DNA of 63,813 nt, the filler included, from Octopus bimaculoides (Eukaryota), in the NCBI RefSeq assembly GCF_001194135.2. It is 4 parts of 4 records of this genome, joined end to end, with 100 filler letters (N's around TTAATTAATTAA, not from the genome) between each part and the next. Parts side by side here need not be neighbours in the genome. Positions count along the whole stretch, not along the records: positions 55,001 to 63,813 come from NC_068984.1; 3 more parts are not named here. One strand, given 5' to 3'. A model generated the notes under the pieces. It saw nothing but the letters and a program-made list of their open reading frames with translations, ran no database searches and was not told the DNA's origin. A program made the position numbers and the translations under genes. The stretch's first letter is position 1, and the number at the start of each line of letters is the position of its first letter. This document shows, piece after piece, positions 61,486 to 63,813 of the stretch.

Positions 61486-63750
61486 TAGTTGACGTTGTTG
61501 TTTAACCTCAGGTCAGCCCTGATTAATTGATGATGTTCCAACCATGACCATCTCATATTTTTGTGTATCTAGATTTATGCAGTCAAACAATTACAATTCA
61601 GTATTTCTTGAACGTAATTACTCTGCAATCCACTAATACGGCAACTCCAATGTTCGGAACGGGATTTTAAATCTCTGGCAGTGATTTGTTTGAATGGTAG
61701 TGTCCTGGCCAACTGTGACACCCCATATTATTTATATCCGTATCAGCTGATTGGCGATGGTTGATGCTGCTATAGAGTTGGCAGCTTGTTAAGATAACAG
61801 AGCGGGTTGCAAATCGTATTTTGTGTACTCCAGTTTATGTATGCGAGTTACATAGATGTTTATCAGAATTGTTAGTCTTCGACAAGAGAAGCTTCATATG
61901 AGAAGTAGAGAGCAATGGTAAGAGACATCAGCATCAAGCTGTTTGGGTTATGCATCGCTATATTCATTGGCATGCATTCTTTTATGTCTAGCACTTGACA
62001 CAAAGTACACCAGATTCAGTGTTGCAACTATATGGAGAAATTAAGTAGATTCTACGTTGACTGGATCCATTTGAAACAAAACCTTTATGCAGGTTGTTCA
62101 CTAACAAACCTTTTACATTTCTTTTTTATTCAAAACCGTTGTTGTCATTGTGTTGGTCGCAGTGTCACACATGTCTGTTACGATGAAAAAACCCTGCCAC
62201 TTCAATAGTTTCATCGCTCTTCAGAATAGTATAGACGTGTAACAATCGTCCTTGCGATTGTCCTAGCGACTGTATTTTATTCTTTGTTACTGTGGCTTCA
62301 TACGTCATTATCGACGCGAGAGTCTATCAAGATCATGATCATCATACACGTTTGCATATGTGTGTGTGTGCGTATGTATATGTGTGTGTGTGTCTACACA
62401 CACACACAAACACACATCCTCACCCTCACACTCCTCTCACACACACGTTCAAACATTAAACGACATACACTGATGAAGTCCAGTGACATCCAACTAAACG
62501 ACACATGAGCATATAAAAATTTGATATATACAAGAGATTGCAATCAAATCATGCAAATTCCACTCGCATCGAATTCCATGCACACTATACCCCATTCTCT
62601 CATACTTATACACATCCATCACATACACTAACACTCAGCTTCACAAAATACATACCATTTTGTCACTTTGCCACACGCATATAACATACACAGACACACC
62701 ATTACGCACACTTAACACGCATACACAGAGTTTTAACACACATTCAAACGCACTCACTGGTTATTCTCACACACAAATACCCCCTCTTTGACTATTTGTT
62801 CTAATCTGCACCTTTGAATTGCCCACATTTATTTCTCCTTCCACTTGTCACTACACCTTGAACGCTACTGATATGACTGCTACATAATACTCACACACAC
62901 AACCATTCTTACATACTTCTACCATTTACTTCCCTTTGCATCAGCTCTTCTCTCAAACCGACTACTTTTGTTCTTCGCTCCTTTTTCCGTCTGCCATTCT
63001 CCATCGCTCCGGTAGCGCGAGTGCATCAAATTTCTTACGTTTACGTTTTTTGCCTTCTCACATCTTTGCTATTTCACGTTCTTCCAGGACTGTTTCCCAA
63101 TTCCTTAGGCTCTTGCTACCTTCTTTGACTTTTAATCACATCTTGGAATCTTGGAATCTTGGAAACTTTTCTAGGATTTTTTATTCCGTATTAGATTTTC
63201 AGCTTTTCGAAAATTTTAATCTTTCGCTCTTTGTTTCAAAGACACACGTCTAAAAGAAAATCCCTGTCACCCAAATATGCTTTCATTCATGCACATGGAC
63301 CCTCGTAAACAACTTCGTTCACCTTGCACATGCCACCTTACAGTACCTTCGCAAAACCTTTAGTCTAACACACACACTCGCGGCCGCTTATACACCCTTA
63401 CATACACCTATATACACCATCCACGAACACTTACGCACACACATCTACATTTCTTTCACACCACTAACCAACTCGATCAAATTTATTCGCCTACACACAT
63501 CTATACACATACATACACTCACCACTACACATGTCTTTATCACATACCCATATTCCCGCTTCAACACACAAAAATATTCTGATATATGCATCAGCAAACT
63601 CATCCCTCCTCCCTACTTCACTTCTTCAGAGAATCGGATTCCCCTGATTATAAATGATTCACTTTCACTTGCATACTTTCTTCCCTAATATTCATTTTTC
63701 TTATTGCTTTACCAAGTTTTCAATTTTGAAATTTTCCCCACTGCATTCAC

Positions 63751-63813
<63 letters not shown>

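Noticed and set aside
61640-62110. Hydrophobic short frames that looked GPCR-like or Helitron-like
   Set aside because: They are interrupted by stops, have no conserved motif and no splice context.
62936-63253. 105-aa ORF (plus)
   Set aside because: It has pyrimidine-rich low-information composition and no recognisable domain, and the opposite strand has stops in the frame examined.

Overview
This is repeat-saturated eukaryotic draft-assembly DNA. It is most likely an octopod cephalopod genome, inferred from the extreme microsatellite load and the tRNA-derived SINE families; the species is not verifiable here. I found no host protein-coding exon, rRNA, true tRNA or CRISPR array that I can support. 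Nearly all ORF-track entries are microsatellite or N-gap artefacts. The window contains at least four tRNA-headed SINE families (my working labels A-D) that swap central and 3' modules, three Tc1/mariner-superfamily relics (including near-full-length D34D-type mariner and DD37D/maT copies) and a Tigger-like MITE. It also holds several Penelope-like (GIY-YIG) fragments with minimal hammerhead-ribozyme motifs, RTE, CR1/L2 and R4/Dong-type LINE fragments, and three long fold-back palindromes. Three identical 100-bp N44-TTAATTAATTAA-N44 spacers are synthetic scaffold joins. The most interesting signals are: (i) a CpG-depleted domain (~25.2-33.5 kb) ending abruptly at a join, which may mark an unseen methylated gene body; (ii) an RTE LINE with exact twin-priming 5'-inversion geometry; (iii) modular SINE shuffling, supported by an intact target-site duplication; (iv) atypical hammerhead cores (extra A after A9, an A6U variant, and a permuted-order core in a local repeat array). 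Repeat boundaries were read by eye and are approximate to about 10-20 bp unless a TSD or TIR is quoted.
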